Below, piece after piece: positions 47,876-57,703 of a stretch of DNA of 64,000 nucleotides (its first letter is position 1; each line of letters begins with the position of its first letter). The position numbers and the translations under genes were made by a program. The notes below the pieces were generated by a model, which saw only the letters and a list, made by a program, of their open reading frames with translations, was not told where the DNA came from and did not search any database. Origin of the DNA: Candidatus Oxydemutatoraceae bacterium (GTDB lineage Bacteria; Pseudomonadota; Gammaproteobacteria; Poriferisulfidales; Oxydemutatoraceae). The DNA lies in assembly GCA_965220085.1 (NCBI GenBank), contig CBDCOZ010000002.1, forward strand, positions 96,001 through 160,000, in the 5' to 3' direction.

Positions 47876-49141
47876 ATGAGAAGACGCATAGTTGAAATTT
47901 TTATCTGTGGCCTGATAATTTTTTCGGGCGCGGGCGTTGCCGCCGAGCGGACGCTCGACCGCATCGTTGCGTTTGCCGCCGACCGCGCGATCACCGAGCG
48001 CGAGTTGCGAGCGGGGGTGTCGCGGTTTGCGAATATGCTCGAGCAGCAGGGCCGGGAAGTTCCCGCTCGGGAAATGCTGGTCGGCGAAGTGCTGCAAAAG
48101 ATGATTATCCGCGCGCTGCAACTGCACGAAGCGGAGCGCTTGGGCATGGTGGCCGATGAGGCGAGCGTGGAGCGGGCGATAGAGAGCATCGCCGAAAAAA
48201 ATAATATGACGCTCGCGGAAATGCGCCGAGCGATGGAGGAGCAGGGCGAGGATTACAAGACCTTTCACAACAAGGTGCGCGAGGATTTGTTGATCAGGCG
48301 GGTGCAACAGCGCGAAGTGGTGGAGCGGATTAATGTGAGCGATGCGGAGATACGCCGCCGCTTGTATGCGTCGGGAGAGGATGTTGCGTTTCGCTATTCG
48401 TACTTGCGCGTCGCCGTCGGGACAGAAAAGAGCGGACGGAGCCCCGAACGGTTGCTTGCGAGCATTAAAAGGCGCGCCGCTGAGGGCGGCGAGTTCCTTG
48501 AGTTGGCGCGCGAAGCGGCGCAAACGGACGGCGCGGAGCTCATCCGTTCGGGGTGGCGCGCGAGCGCGCAGATGCCGGCGGCCATTGCCAAGCGGGTGGT
48601 CGCGATGGAAGTCGGCGCGGTCGCGCCGATTATCAAAACGCCGAAGCATCTGTATCTGCTGCGCCTCGATGCGCGGCGCAAGGAGGGCGAGGCGCCGGTG
48701 ATGCAACGCCAATACCGTGTGCGACATATCTTGATTGCTCCGAATGTGATGGATACCGATGAGATAGTGCGGAAGAAACTGCGCAAGATGAAGCGGCGGA
48801 TTGAGAACGGCGCCGACTTTGCGCGCTATGCAAAGCGCTACTCGCAGGACCCCGGCAGCGGTTTCAAAGGCGGCGATTTGGGCTGGATTGACTTGCGGAA
48901 CATGGTCGCGGAGTTTTCCGAGAAAGTGCGCGCCGCCCGCAAGGGCGAACTCGTCGGCCCCTTCCGCACCCAATACGGATGGCATCTGTTGCGGGTGTCG
49001 GATACGCGCGAACAAGATATGAGCGAGCAACTCGAGCGCGCCGGCGTGATCGCAGAGATTCGTCAGGAAAAGGCGGAAGCGGAAATCAATGCCTGGCTTT
49101 TGCGTTTGCGCGAAAGATATTATGTCGATGTAAGGCTGTAG
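47876..49141 (+). CDS. surA: Periplasmic chaperone / PPIase SurA
   Basis: LDRIVA, VRHILI, YSQDPGS..GGDLGW, YGWHLL; conserved lptD-surA-pdxA order. Confidence 0.92.
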   Translation: MRRRIVEIFICGLIIFSGAGVAAERTLDRIVAFAADRAITERELRAGVSRFANMLEQQGREVPAREMLVGEVLQKMIIRALQLHEAERLGMVADEASVERAIESIAEKNNMTLAEMRRAMEEQGEDYKTFHNKVREDLLIRRVQQREVVERINVSDAEIRRRLYASGEDVAFRYSYLRVAVGTEKSGRSPERLLASIKRRAAEGGEFLELAREAAQTDGAELIRSGWRASAQMPAAIAKRVVAMEVGAVAPIIKTPKHLYLLRLDARRKEGEAPVMQRQYRVRHILIAPNVMDTDEIVRKKLRKMKRRIENGADFARYAKRYSQDPGSGFKGGDLGWIDLRNMVAEFSEKVRAARKGELVGPFRTQYGWHLLRVSDTREQDMSEQLERAGVIAEIRQEKAEAEINAWLLRLRERYYVDVRL

Positions 49142-49188
49142 CCGCGTGTCGATCAAAACGGATATCGGATAGGCCGACGGAGGGGCGG

Positions 49189-50181
49189 ATGACAAACGCT
49201 GAGCGCAGACCCGAGACGATAGCGATTACCATCGGCGAGCCCGCCGGTATCGGGCCTGATATCGTCGTCGCCTTGGCGCATATCGCCTTTGATGCGCGGC
49301 TTGTCGTCTTGGGTGATGCGGAGCTTTTGCGCGCCCGTGCGCGCGCGCTGAATATTGCGCTGAAGACGGAGACCTTTGACCGCGATACGGCGGGAGCGCA
49401 CCGAGGCGACGGACATCTTACGGTGTTGCCGCTGCCGGTTGCGGCGCCGGTGCGAGCGGGCGAGATCGATTCGGCGAATGCGCGCTATGTCTTGCAACTG
49501 CTCGATCGCGCGGCGCGCGGTTGTCTGGCGGGCGAGTGGCAGGCGCTGGTAACCGGCCCGATTCACAAGGCGGCGGTGATGCAAGCCGGAATTTCGTTTG
49601 CCGGCCATACCGAGTATCTGGCGCAGTTGTGCGGGGCGCCGACGGTGATGCTGCTTGCGAACGATAAGCTGAAGGTCGCGCTGGCAACGACTCACTTGCC
49701 GCTAAAAGATGTTCCCGGGCGGATTACGCAAGACGGTTTGGAGCGGGTGATGCGCATCGTGCGCCGTGATTTTGTCGAGCGGTTCAAAATTGCAACGCCG
49801 CGCATCGGTGTCTGCGGGCTGAACCCGCACGCCGGCGAAGCGGGGCATCTGGGCGCGGAGGAGCGGGAGATCATTGAACCGCTGATACGCAAATTGCAGC
49901 GCGAACGGTTTGACCTGACCGGGCCGCTGTCGGCGGATACGGCGTTTACCGACGAGAGTATCAAGCGTTACGATGTCATCGTTGCGATGTTTCACGATCA
50001 GGGCTTGCCGGTGATAAAGCGGATGGGATTTGGCGAGACGGTAAACATCACCTTGGGCCTGCCGTTTGTCCGCACCTCGGTGGATCACGGTACCGCATTG
50101 GAGCTCGCCGCAAGCGGCAAGGCTTCTTGTGGCAGTCTTGTCGCGGCGGTACGGCGGGCGATCGCATTGTGCCGGGCGTAA
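49189..50181 (+). CDS. pdxA: 4-hydroxythreonine-4-phosphate dehydrogenase
   Basis: GEPAGIGPD, GHTEYL, GLNPHAGE, MFHDQGL, RTSVDHGTA. Confidence 0.96.
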   Translation: MTNAERRPETIAITIGEPAGIGPDIVVALAHIAFDARLVVLGDAELLRARARALNIALKTETFDRDTAGAHRGDGHLTVLPLPVAAPVRAGEIDSANARYVLQLLDRAARGCLAGEWQALVTGPIHKAAVMQAGISFAGHTEYLAQLCGAPTVMLLANDKLKVALATTHLPLKDVPGRITQDGLERVMRIVRRDFVERFKIATPRIGVCGLNPHAGEAGHLGAEEREIIEPLIRKLQRERFDLTGPLSADTAFTDESIKRYDVIVAMFHDQGLPVIKRMGFGETVNITLGLPFVRTSVDHGTALELAASGKASCGSLVAAVRRAIALCRA

Positions 50182-51037
50182 GAGCATGGCGGTACGCAAA
50201 CGCTTCGGCCAACATTTTTTACGCGACCCGCAGATTGTCGGGCGGATCATAGATCTGATCACGCCGCCGCCCGATAACCGCGTGGTTGAGATAGGCCCCG
50301 GGGAAGGCGCGCTGACGCTGCCGTTGCTGCGGCGCGGCGCACGTGTTGATGCGTCGGAGCTCGCCGCAAGCGGCAAGGCTTCTTGTGCCAGTCTTGTCGC
50401 GGCGGTACGGCGGGCGATCGCATTGTGCCGGGCGTAAGAGCATGGCGATACGCAAACGCTTCGGCCAACATTTTCTACGCGACCCGCAGATTGTCGGGCG
50501 GATCATAGATCTGATCACGCCGCCGCCCGATAACCGCGTGGTTGAGATAGGCCCCGGAGAAGGCGCGCTGACGCTGCCGTTGCTACGGCGCGGCGCGCGT
50601 GTTGATGCGTCGGAGCTCGCCGCAAGCGGCAAGGCTTCTTGTGGCAGTCTTGTCGCGGCGGTACGGCGGGCGATCGCATTGTGCCGGGCGTAAGCGCATG
50701 GCGATGCGCAAACGCTTCGGCCAACATTTTCTGCGCGACCCGCAGATTGTCGGGCGGATCATAGATCTGATCACCCCGCTGTCGGCGGATACGGCGTTTA
50801 CCGACGAGAGCATCAAGCGTTACGATGTCATCGTTGCGATGTTTCACGATCAGGGCTTGCCGGTGACAAAGCGGATGGGGTTTGGCGAGACGGTCAATGT
50901 CACCTTGGGCCTGCCGTTTGTTCGCGCCTCGGTGGATCACGGTACCGCATTGGAGCTCGCCGCAAGCGGCAAGGCTTCTTGTGGCAGTCTTGTCGCGGCG
51001 GTACGGCGGGCGATCGCATTGTGCCGGGCGTAAGCGC
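50100..51037 (+). repeat. Three extra copies of the pdxA-3'/rsmA-5' junction (256, 256 and 340 bp) forming chimeric ORFs 50186-50437, 50442-50693 and 50698-51033
   Basis: gagctcgccgcaagc at 50101, 50357, 50613 and 50953. Confidence 0.9.
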
Positions 51038-51823
51038 ATGGCGATGCGCAAACGCTTCGGCCAACATTTTCTGCGCGACCCGCAGATTGTCGGGCGGATC
51101 ATAGATCTGATCACCCCGCCGCCCGATAACCGCGTGGTTGAGATAGGCCCCGGGGAAGGCGCGCTGACGCTGCCGTTGCTGCAGCGCGGCGTGTGTGTTG
51201 ATGCGATAGAGATAGACCGGGACTTGGCCGCGCGCTTGCCCAGTGTCGAGCCCGCCGCCGGTCGCCTGCGCGTGTTTTGCGAGGACGCGCTCGCTTTTGA
51301 TTTCGCATCGCTTGCCGATGCGCGCGCGATTAGGCTCATCGGCAATTTGCCATACAACATATCGACCGCGTTGTTGTTTCGCCTGATGCGTTTCCGCCCG
51401 TGTATCGGCGACATGTATTTTATGCTTCAGCGCGAGGTCGCGCATGGTTTGGCAGCGCCCGCCGGCGCCGCGGATTACTCGCGGCTGAGCGTGATGGCGG
51501 CGTATTGTTTTGAGACCGCCGTGCTGTTTGATGTGCCGCCCGCCGCGTTTCATCCGCCGCCCGCCGTTGTCTCCGCCTTTGTCCGCATGTTGCCGCGTCC
51601 GGGGGTGTCGCCGGAGAAGACAGCCGCATTGGACGCGCTCGTCAAACGCGCTTTTTCCAAACGCCGCAAGACGATTGCCAATGCGCTGGCGCCGTTGTTT
51701 GATGAGGCCGCCTGGCGGCGCATGAACATCAATCCCGCTATGCGTCCCGATGCGGTGTGCGTCGATGACTACCTTCGCATGGTAGAATATCTTTCGCTTG
51801 CGCCAAGCAATTCGGGAGAATAA
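51038..51823 (+). CDS. rsmA: 16S rRNA dimethyladenosine transferase
   Basis: [41 protein letters not shown]. Confidence 0.95.
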   Translation: MAMRKRFGQHFLRDPQIVGRIIDLITPPPDNRVVEIGPGEGALTLPLLQRGVCVDAIEIDRDLAARLPSVEPAAGRLRVFCEDALAFDFASLADARAIRLIGNLPYNISTALLFRLMRFRPCIGDMYFMLQREVAHGLAAPAGAADYSRLSVMAAYCFETAVLFDVPPAAFHPPPAVVSAFVRMLPRPGVSPEKTAALDALVKRAFSKRRKTIANALAPLFDEAAWRRMNINPAMRPDAVCVDDYLRMVEYLSLAPSNSGE

Positions 51824-52206
51824 TGATGACTTCAAAACGCTATGAGATCAGTGTGGATGTTGAAACACAGTATATAGAGGAACAGTCCGACAGTTCCGAG
51901 GGCCGCTATGTTTTTTCTTACCGGATAACGATTCTTAACGAGGGCAATGTCACCGCACAATTGCTTTCCAGACATTGGGTCATTACCGACTCTAATCAAA
52001 AGACACAAGAGATTCGCGGCGACGGGGTTGTCGGCGAACAACCGCGTTTGGGGCCGGGCGCGACATTCCATTACACCAGCGGCACGGTCTTGGAAACTCC
52101 TTTCGGCACGATGCGCGGCAGTTATCGGATGCTGGCCGAAGACGGCACCGAGTTTGAAGCGCCGATCAAAGAGTTCATCCTGACCGCGCCGCGCACGCTG
52201 CACTGA
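51823..52206 (+). CDS. apaG: ApaG protein
   Basis: YVFSY.ITI.N, QLLSRHWVITD, GVVGEQP, YTSG. Confidence 0.96.
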   Translation: MMTSKRYEISVDVETQYIEEQSDSSEGRYVFSYRITILNEGNVTAQLLSRHWVITDSNQKTQEIRGDGVVGEQPRLGPGATFHYTSGTVLETPFGTMRGSYRMLAEDGTEFEAPIKEFILTAPRTLH

Positions 52207-52260
52207 GGCGCGTCCGCGCCCGAACCTTTCCGGTCGCGGCGGCATTCCTGAGAGCGAACC

Positions 52261-53073
52261 ATGAGTCTTTATGCGATAGGCGATGTGCACGGTTGCTACG
52301 ACTGCTTGCAACGCTTGCTCGAGAAGATTGCTTTTGATCCGGTTGCGGATGAGTTGTGGTTTAGCGGGGACTTGGTCAATCGCGGCGATAAATCGCTTGA
52401 GGTGTTGCGCTTTGTCAAGGGGCTGGGCGCCGGCGCTGCTTGCGTTCTGGGCAATCACGAGTTCCATTTGATGCGCTTTGCTCTCGGCCTGTCCGAGACG
52501 CGCGATGCCGGTTTGCGCGCGGCGCTGGCGGCGGATGACCGCGATGAATTGCTCGAGTGGTTGTATCAGTGTCCGCTGGCGCGGGTTGCCGAGCGGCAAA
52601 AATTGATCATGGTGCACGCGGGCTTGTTGCCGCAGTGGGATGTCCGGACGGCTTTGCGTTTGTCCGACGAAGTGAGCGCGCAGCTCGCCGATGCCGATAG
52701 CAGGCAGATGTTTTTTGAAACGTTGTATGGCGACCGGCCCGACTGTTGGGACGCGAAACTTACCGGCATGGATCGCTTGCGGGTGGCGGTCAATGCGATG
52801 ACCCGCATGCGCTATCTGAATGAGCGGACGATGGCGATGGCGCTTTCGTGCACCGAGGCTCCGGGGCAACAGCCTGCGGGGCTGCGCCCTTGGTATGCCT
52901 TTGCGCATCCGCGCGAGGGCTATACGACGCTTTACGGGCATTGGGCGAGTCAGGGGTTTCGGCGCGGGAGCGATACCATCGCTTTGGATTCGGCGTGTGT
53001 TTGGGGGGAGCGGCTCAGCGCTATGCGCCTGGATGACGGGCGCGAGCGGTTGTTTCAGGTTGAATGCGGCTGA
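52261..53073 (+). CDS. apaH: Symmetrical diadenosine tetraphosphatase
   Basis: GDVHGC, GDLVNRG, LGNHE, VHAG, GHW, LDSACVWG. Confidence 0.95.
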   Translation: MSLYAIGDVHGCYDCLQRLLEKIAFDPVADELWFSGDLVNRGDKSLEVLRFVKGLGAGAACVLGNHEFHLMRFALGLSETRDAGLRAALAADDRDELLEWLYQCPLARVAERQKLIMVHAGLLPQWDVRTALRLSDEVSAQLADADSRQMFFETLYGDRPDCWDAKLTGMDRLRVAVNAMTRMRYLNERTMAMALSCTEAPGQQPAGLRPWYAFAHPREGYTTLYGHWASQGFRRGSDTIALDSACVWGERLSAMRLDDGRERLFQVECG

Positions 53074-53074
53074 T

Positions 53075-53569
53075 TCAAGCGGCGCGCAAGATGCGCTCCA
53101 GCTTCTCAAAGCGCATAGCGTAGTCGTTGTTCTCATCCGCCGCGTGTTCGCCATCGGCGCAGACCGTCCATTCGCTTTCATCGATTTGCGGGAAGTAAGT
53201 ATCGCCTGCTATGGTCACATCCAGGCGCGTTCGGTAGATGCGTTGTGCCCGGCCCAAAAAGAGCCGGTAGGTCTCGGCGCCGCCGATGACAAAGCATTCG
53301 CGAGAGCCGATCAGTTCGCCTAGCGCAGCGGGGGAAGAGATGACTTCGCACGCGGGCGGCGCCGCGATGCCGCTGCGGCTCAGGATGATATTGCGCCGCC
53401 CCGGCAATGGTTTTGCCAGCGATTGAAAGGTCTTTCTGCCCATGACGATAGGGTGTCCCAAGGTGATTTTCTTGAAGCGTCGCAAGTCGGCGGACAGGCG
53501 CCACGGCATCTTTCCGTTCATGCCGATCACACGGTTTTGCGAATAGCAGGCGATGATGGAAAGGTTCAT
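53075..53569 (-). CDS. folA: Dihydrofolate reductase
   Basis: VIG..MPW.LSADL..FK, MGRKTF, PLPGR.NIILS, IGGAE, GDTYFP. Confidence 0.95.
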   Translation of the reverse strand: MNLSIIACYSQNRVIGMNGKMPWRLSADLRRFKKITLGHPIVMGRKTFQSLAKPLPGRRNIILSRSGIAAPPACEVISSPAALGELIGSRECFVIGGAETYRLFLGRAQRIYRTRLDVTIAGDTYFPQIDESEWTVCADGEHAADENNDYAMRFEKLERILRAA

Positions 53570-53571
53570 GT

Positions 53572-54366
53572 TCAAACCGCAACGGGGGCCGCGATGTGAT
53601 CGTGCGGCCGATAGTTTTGCAACACGATATCTTCGTAGCGAAATGCAAACAGGTCTTTGCGGTCGGGGTTTAGTTCCAATGTCGGCAAGGGCTTGGGTTC
53701 GCGCCCGAGTTGCGTTTTTGCCTGTTCGATATGGTTGCAATACAGGTGCGCATCGCCGAGGGCATGTATCAACTCGCCGCAACCGAGACCGCACACTTGC
53801 GCCATCATCTTTAACAGCAGGGCATAGGATGCGATGTTGAACGGCACGCCGAGAAAGACATCGGCGCTGCGCTGGTAGAACTGACACGATAACTTGCCGT
53901 CCGCGACATAGAACTGCATCAGCACATGGCACGGCAGCAGACGCATCTGCGCCAGCTCGCCGACATTCCACGCGCTGACGAGCATGCGTCTGGAATCGGG
54001 GTCGCTGCGAATCGTATCTATCACTTGCCGCAACTGGTCGATGTGCGCGCCGTCGGCCGTGCCCCAGCGCCGCCATTGTTTGCCGTAGATGGGGCCGAGC
54101 TCGCCGTTTTCATCGGCCCACTCGTCCCATATGGACACGCCGTTTTGTTTCAGGTAGGCGGTGTTGGTGTCGCCTTTTAGAAACCACAACAACTCGTGCG
54201 CGACGGATTTGAAATGCAATTTTTTTGTCGTCAGCAACGGGAAGCCGTCGTCCGGCGAATAGCGCGATTGCCAACCGAACAGGGAGAGCGTTCCGGTGCC
54301 GGTGCGATCGGTTTTTTGGGCGCCGGAACAAAGAACGGATTCGAGAAGTTTGAGATAGGTGCGCAC
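53572..54366 (-). CDS. thyA: Thymidylate synthase
   Basis: [42 protein letters not shown]. Confidence 0.97.
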   Translation of the reverse strand: MRTYLKLLESVLCSGAQKTDRTGTGTLSLFGWQSRYSPDDGFPLLTTKKLHFKSVAHELLWFLKGDTNTAYLKQNGVSIWDEWADENGELGPIYGKQWRRWGTADGAHIDQLRQVIDTIRSDPDSRRMLVSAWNVGELAQMRLLPCHVLMQFYVADGKLSCQFYQRSADVFLGVPFNIASYALLLKMMAQVCGLGCGELIHALGDAHLYCNHIEQAKTQLGREPKPLPTLELNPDRKDLFAFRYEDIVLQNYRPHDHIAAPVAV

Positions 54367-54410
54367 TGGTCCGAATTGAGTAAGCGATAAATTCTAGCAC
54401 ACTGTTATCA

Positions 54411-54829
54411 TTCCCCCTCGCCGCATCGCCCATCGCTTTCGGCTCGTGCTCTGCGACTCTCCCGCGAGGGGAGAGTGATACTCGCACGAACAATACTCTC
54501 CCCTCGCGGGAGAGTCAATGTGGCGAAGCCACATTGGAGAGGGGGGATGCTTCTATCTCGCGCTACCGTCGTGCAAGCCGGAAGCTTTCCCCCTCGCCGC
54601 ATCGTCCATCGCCTTCGGCTCGTGCTCTGCGACTCTCCCGCGAGGGAGAGTGATACTCGCACGAACAATACTCTCCCCTCGCGGGAGAGTCAATGTGGCG
54701 AAGCCACATTGGAGAGGGGGGATGCTTCTATCTCGCGCTACCGTCGTGCAAGCCGGAAGTTTTCCCCCTCGCCGCATCGCCCATCGCCTTCGGCTCGTGC
54801 TCTGCGACTCTCCCGCGAGGGGAGAGTGA
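54411..54829. repeat. BIME-like array of ~176-bp units (about 2.4 copies) with REP hairpins in alternating orientation
   Basis: Units at 54411, 54587 and 54762. Confidence 0.9.
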
Positions 54830-54874
54830 CGCGCACTGACACTGTGCGAGGAGGGAGTGATTACGGCGGTGCGA

Positions 54875-55660
54875 TCAGCGCGGCGCTCGGTTCGGGTTTG
54901 CAAACAACAGCCACACTCCGAGCAGGAATAACGGCACAGACAGCGCTTGTCCGATCGTCAGCCAGCCCCAGGCGATGAAACCGATGTGGGCATCGGGTTC
55001 GCGGAAAAATTCGACCGCAAACCGCGCCGCTGCGTAGAGGATCGCAAACCACGCGCTGACCCGCCCGAGCGCTCTCGGTTTGCGCGAGTAAATCCACAAC
55101 ACGACAAACAACACGACCCCTTCAAAAAAGAATTCGTACAGTTGCGACGGGTGGCGCGGCAGCGGGCCGGCGCGGGGGAAGACCATCGCCCACGGCGCGT
55201 CGCTGACGCGCCCCCACAATTCGCCGTTTATGAAATTGCCGATACGACCGGCCCCCAGTCCAATCGGGACTAATGGTGCGGTGAAGTCCGTTACCTCAAG
55301 GAAGCGAAGCTTATTTTTGCCGGCAAAAACCCACAGCGCGAGCAGTACGCCGACGAGTCCGCCGTGGAAGCTCATGCCGCCTTCCCAGATAAAAAATATG
55401 CTGATAGGGTCGGCGAGCAATGCGCCGAAGTTATACGCGAGCATATAGCCGACCCGCCCGCCGACGATGGCGCCGATGATGCCGCAGAAAAGCAGGTCGC
55501 TGACTTGCTCGCGCGCGATCTCTGCGCGGGGGGCTTTGGCGCGATGGTGTCCGAGCGCCAGGAACGCGCCGAAGCCGAGCAAGTACATCAGGCCGTACCA
55601 GTGAACCCGAAGCGGCCCGATGGCGATGGCAACGGGGTCAATCTGCGGGTATTCAAGCAT
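54875..55660 (-). CDS. lgt: Prolipoprotein diacylglyceryl transferase
   Basis: HWYGLMY, GGMSFHGG, GRIGNFINGELWGR, RHPSQLYE, EFFREPD. Confidence 0.97.
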   Translation of the reverse strand: MLEYPQIDPVAIAIGPLRVHWYGLMYLLGFGAFLALGHHRAKAPRAEIAREQVSDLLFCGIIGAIVGGRVGYMLAYNFGALLADPISIFFIWEGGMSFHGGLVGVLLALWVFAGKNKLRFLEVTDFTAPLVPIGLGAGRIGNFINGELWGRVSDAPWAMVFPRAGPLPRHPSQLYEFFFEGVVLFVVLWIYSRKPRALGRVSAWFAILYAAARFAVEFFREPDAHIGFIAWGWLTIGQALSVPLFLLGVWLLFANPNRAPR

Positions 55661-55720
55661 GTTTGTCCGGCGCTAAGTAAATTGCTTGCTTCATATCAGT
55701 CCGTTATTATAATGGCAATT

Positions 55721-56749
55721 ATGGACAAGAAGCTTTTTTGCATCATGGAGCAGGGTGCGTTGATAAACCAAGAACTCACGCTCGAACGCAAGCGGCAGTT
55801 TGCCAAGCCCTATTGCGACTTCTATCGCGTCAACTGGCATAGGCGAGGCGACCCCAACGCGCAATGGACGCTGAAATATTCCCAAGTGTCCGAGAATCGC
55901 AACTTCATGTATGAGAAGACCCGCGGCAAGTACGAATACTATATATTCTCCGACGATGATATTCGTTTCAGCGCCGCGGACGGCGGCGATGTGGCGGAGG
56001 CGATCAAACGCGATCTCTTGGACTATCGGCCGGTTTTTGCCGGCTTCTTTTCTGCTTTGCGATACAAAAAGCCGCTGGACAGAACGCAGCGCGTCAAGTG
56101 CGGGGTCATCCACGATATGGATTGCATCGTTTGCAACGCAAGTTTTGCCGACGCTTGTTTTCCGGTTATTTATCACGGTGTCGATTGGACGCAGGATTAT
56201 ATGTACTACCTCGCCTTGCGACTGTGCCCCGAGAAGTACCATATTTATTTGGATGTGGAAGCGCAAAACACCCGCTACCATTGGCTCGATGCCGAGACCC
56301 CGCACCACAACAACCCGTTTGATGTGCGCCCCGACCTGATCAAACTGGCGTTGCCCGAACACCGGCAAGGGATGGAGGAATATTTTGAGTTTCGCCACAG
56401 GTGTTTCAACGACCAGGGTTTTAGGGAAGAGAACAAAGTGTTCGGCATGTGGTTCAACGAAGACTGCGCGCCGGATAGCGCGCCGCGAGATATCACGCCG
56501 GCCGAAGTTGGCACGGTGCTCAATGTCAAGCATCCGGACTTTGTCAATAGAAAAGTTCGGCTGTCGTTTTCTGACCGCGCCAAGCGGCTCTATTTGCGCA
56601 AAATGTTCCACCGGTGGTTCGCCGCGCGCTGCCCGCGCGATTCCGTCATCCGCCGCGCTCTGCGTTTCGTATTTCCGCTGAATACGCGGATATGGATGTT
56701 GTGCGCCTATGCCAGAGTCGTATCTTTTTGTTTGCGGCTGAGTCGCTAA
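55721..56749 (+). CDS. Hypothetical protein, possibly a GT-A fold glycosyltransferase
   Basis: S.NRN and YEYYIFSDDDI (DxD) motifs; start placed after lgt, TATAAT 7 nt upstream. Confidence 0.6.
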   Translation: MDKKLFCIMEQGALINQELTLERKRQFAKPYCDFYRVNWHRRGDPNAQWTLKYSQVSENRNFMYEKTRGKYEYYIFSDDDIRFSAADGGDVAEAIKRDLLDYRPVFAGFFSALRYKKPLDRTQRVKCGVIHDMDCIVCNASFADACFPVIYHGVDWTQDYMYYLALRLCPEKYHIYLDVEAQNTRYHWLDAETPHHNNPFDVRPDLIKLALPEHRQGMEEYFEFRHRCFNDQGFREENKVFGMWFNEDCAPDSAPRDITPAEVGTVLNVKHPDFVNRKVRLSFSDRAKRLYLRKMFHRWFAARCPRDSVIRRALRFVFPLNTRIWMLCAYARVVSFCLRLSR

Positions 56750-56831
56750 AGCGTCCGCGCGGCGGTTGTCGTTCTGTCGTTATGCGCCGACAGATACGCC
56801 GGATATTCTCAGCGCAAGAAAATCATTGCGC

Positions 56832-56908
56832 TGGTCGGAGTGAGAGGATTTGAACCTCCGACCCCTGCCTCCCGAAGGCAGTACTCTACCAAGCTGAGCT
56901 ACACTCCG
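56832..56908 (-). tRNA. tRNA-Pro (CGG)
   Basis: cggagtgtagctcagcttggtagagta-ctgcc-tt-cgg-ga-ggcag..ggttcaaatcc..ctccga-cca. Confidence 0.97.
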
Positions 56909-56938
56909 ATCAATTTGTTGCGGCAGTCAGCGCGCACA

Positions 56939-57703
56939 TTATACATTTTGCGCCCGCGATTGTCGCGCGACCTCGGGCGGCAACTGCGCGAGAATGGCTT
57001 CGCGGCACGCATCGGCCAGCTCGCGCCGGCCCCTCTTGGCAGCCGCGACCGGCTCGGCAAAGCTGACGCGGACATCGGTATTTTTGCACCGCAATATCGC
57101 CGCCGCATGGGCAAAAACGGATTGCTCGCGGACAAACGGCACCAGCGGATTGACCCCGTTCGCGGCGGGGTAATGTATCGCGACGGGTTGCACCATGTTG
57201 CCGGTGTCGATGGCGGCGGCGAACAGGCGCGGAAAGAACGCCTTGACCAGCGCGCCGTTTGACGTCGTGCCTTCGGGAAATACCACCGTGCTGATATTGC
57301 TTTGCAGCCGCTTGGCGATGGCTTCGCATGCCGCGCCCGCGCCGTCGCCGCGGGTGATAAAGATGGTGCCGAAATGGGATGCGATGCCGCCGAACAAAAA
57401 CCAGTTTCTCACCTCGGCTTTTGACAAAAAGCACGAGGTGCGCAAGCTGCCGAGCACGAGGATGTCCAACCACGATATGTGGTTTGAGACCAGCAACGGC
57501 GCGTCGGGGTGCGGGCTCCCCCGCACTTGAATGCGCACACCGAGCAGACGCAGTTGCGCCCGCATAAGCCATGTAATCAGCGCGCTTTGGAAGGCGGTGA
57601 AACGGGTGTTGCCGGGTGCGCCGAGCAACGGACTGATAGCGGCGGCGAGCAGGACATGCAGGCACGAACCGATGAAGCGAAGCGCAAAACGCATGTGGGT
57701 CAT
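56939..57703 (-). CDS. Lysophospholipid acyltransferase (PlsC/OlsA-like)
   Basis: NHISWLD, FLSKAEV, FPEGTT. Confidence 0.9.
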   Translation of the reverse strand: MTHMRFALRFIGSCLHVLLAAAISPLLGAPGNTRFTAFQSALITWLMRAQLRLLGVRIQVRGSPHPDAPLLVSNHISWLDILVLGSLRTSCFLSKAEVRNWFLFGGIASHFGTIFITRGDGAGAACEAIAKRLQSNISTVVFPEGTTSNGALVKAFFPRLFAAAIDTGNMVQPVAIHYPAANGVNPLVPFVREQSVFAHAAAILRCKNTDVRVSFAEPVAAAKRGRRELADACREAILAQLPPEVARQSRAQNV

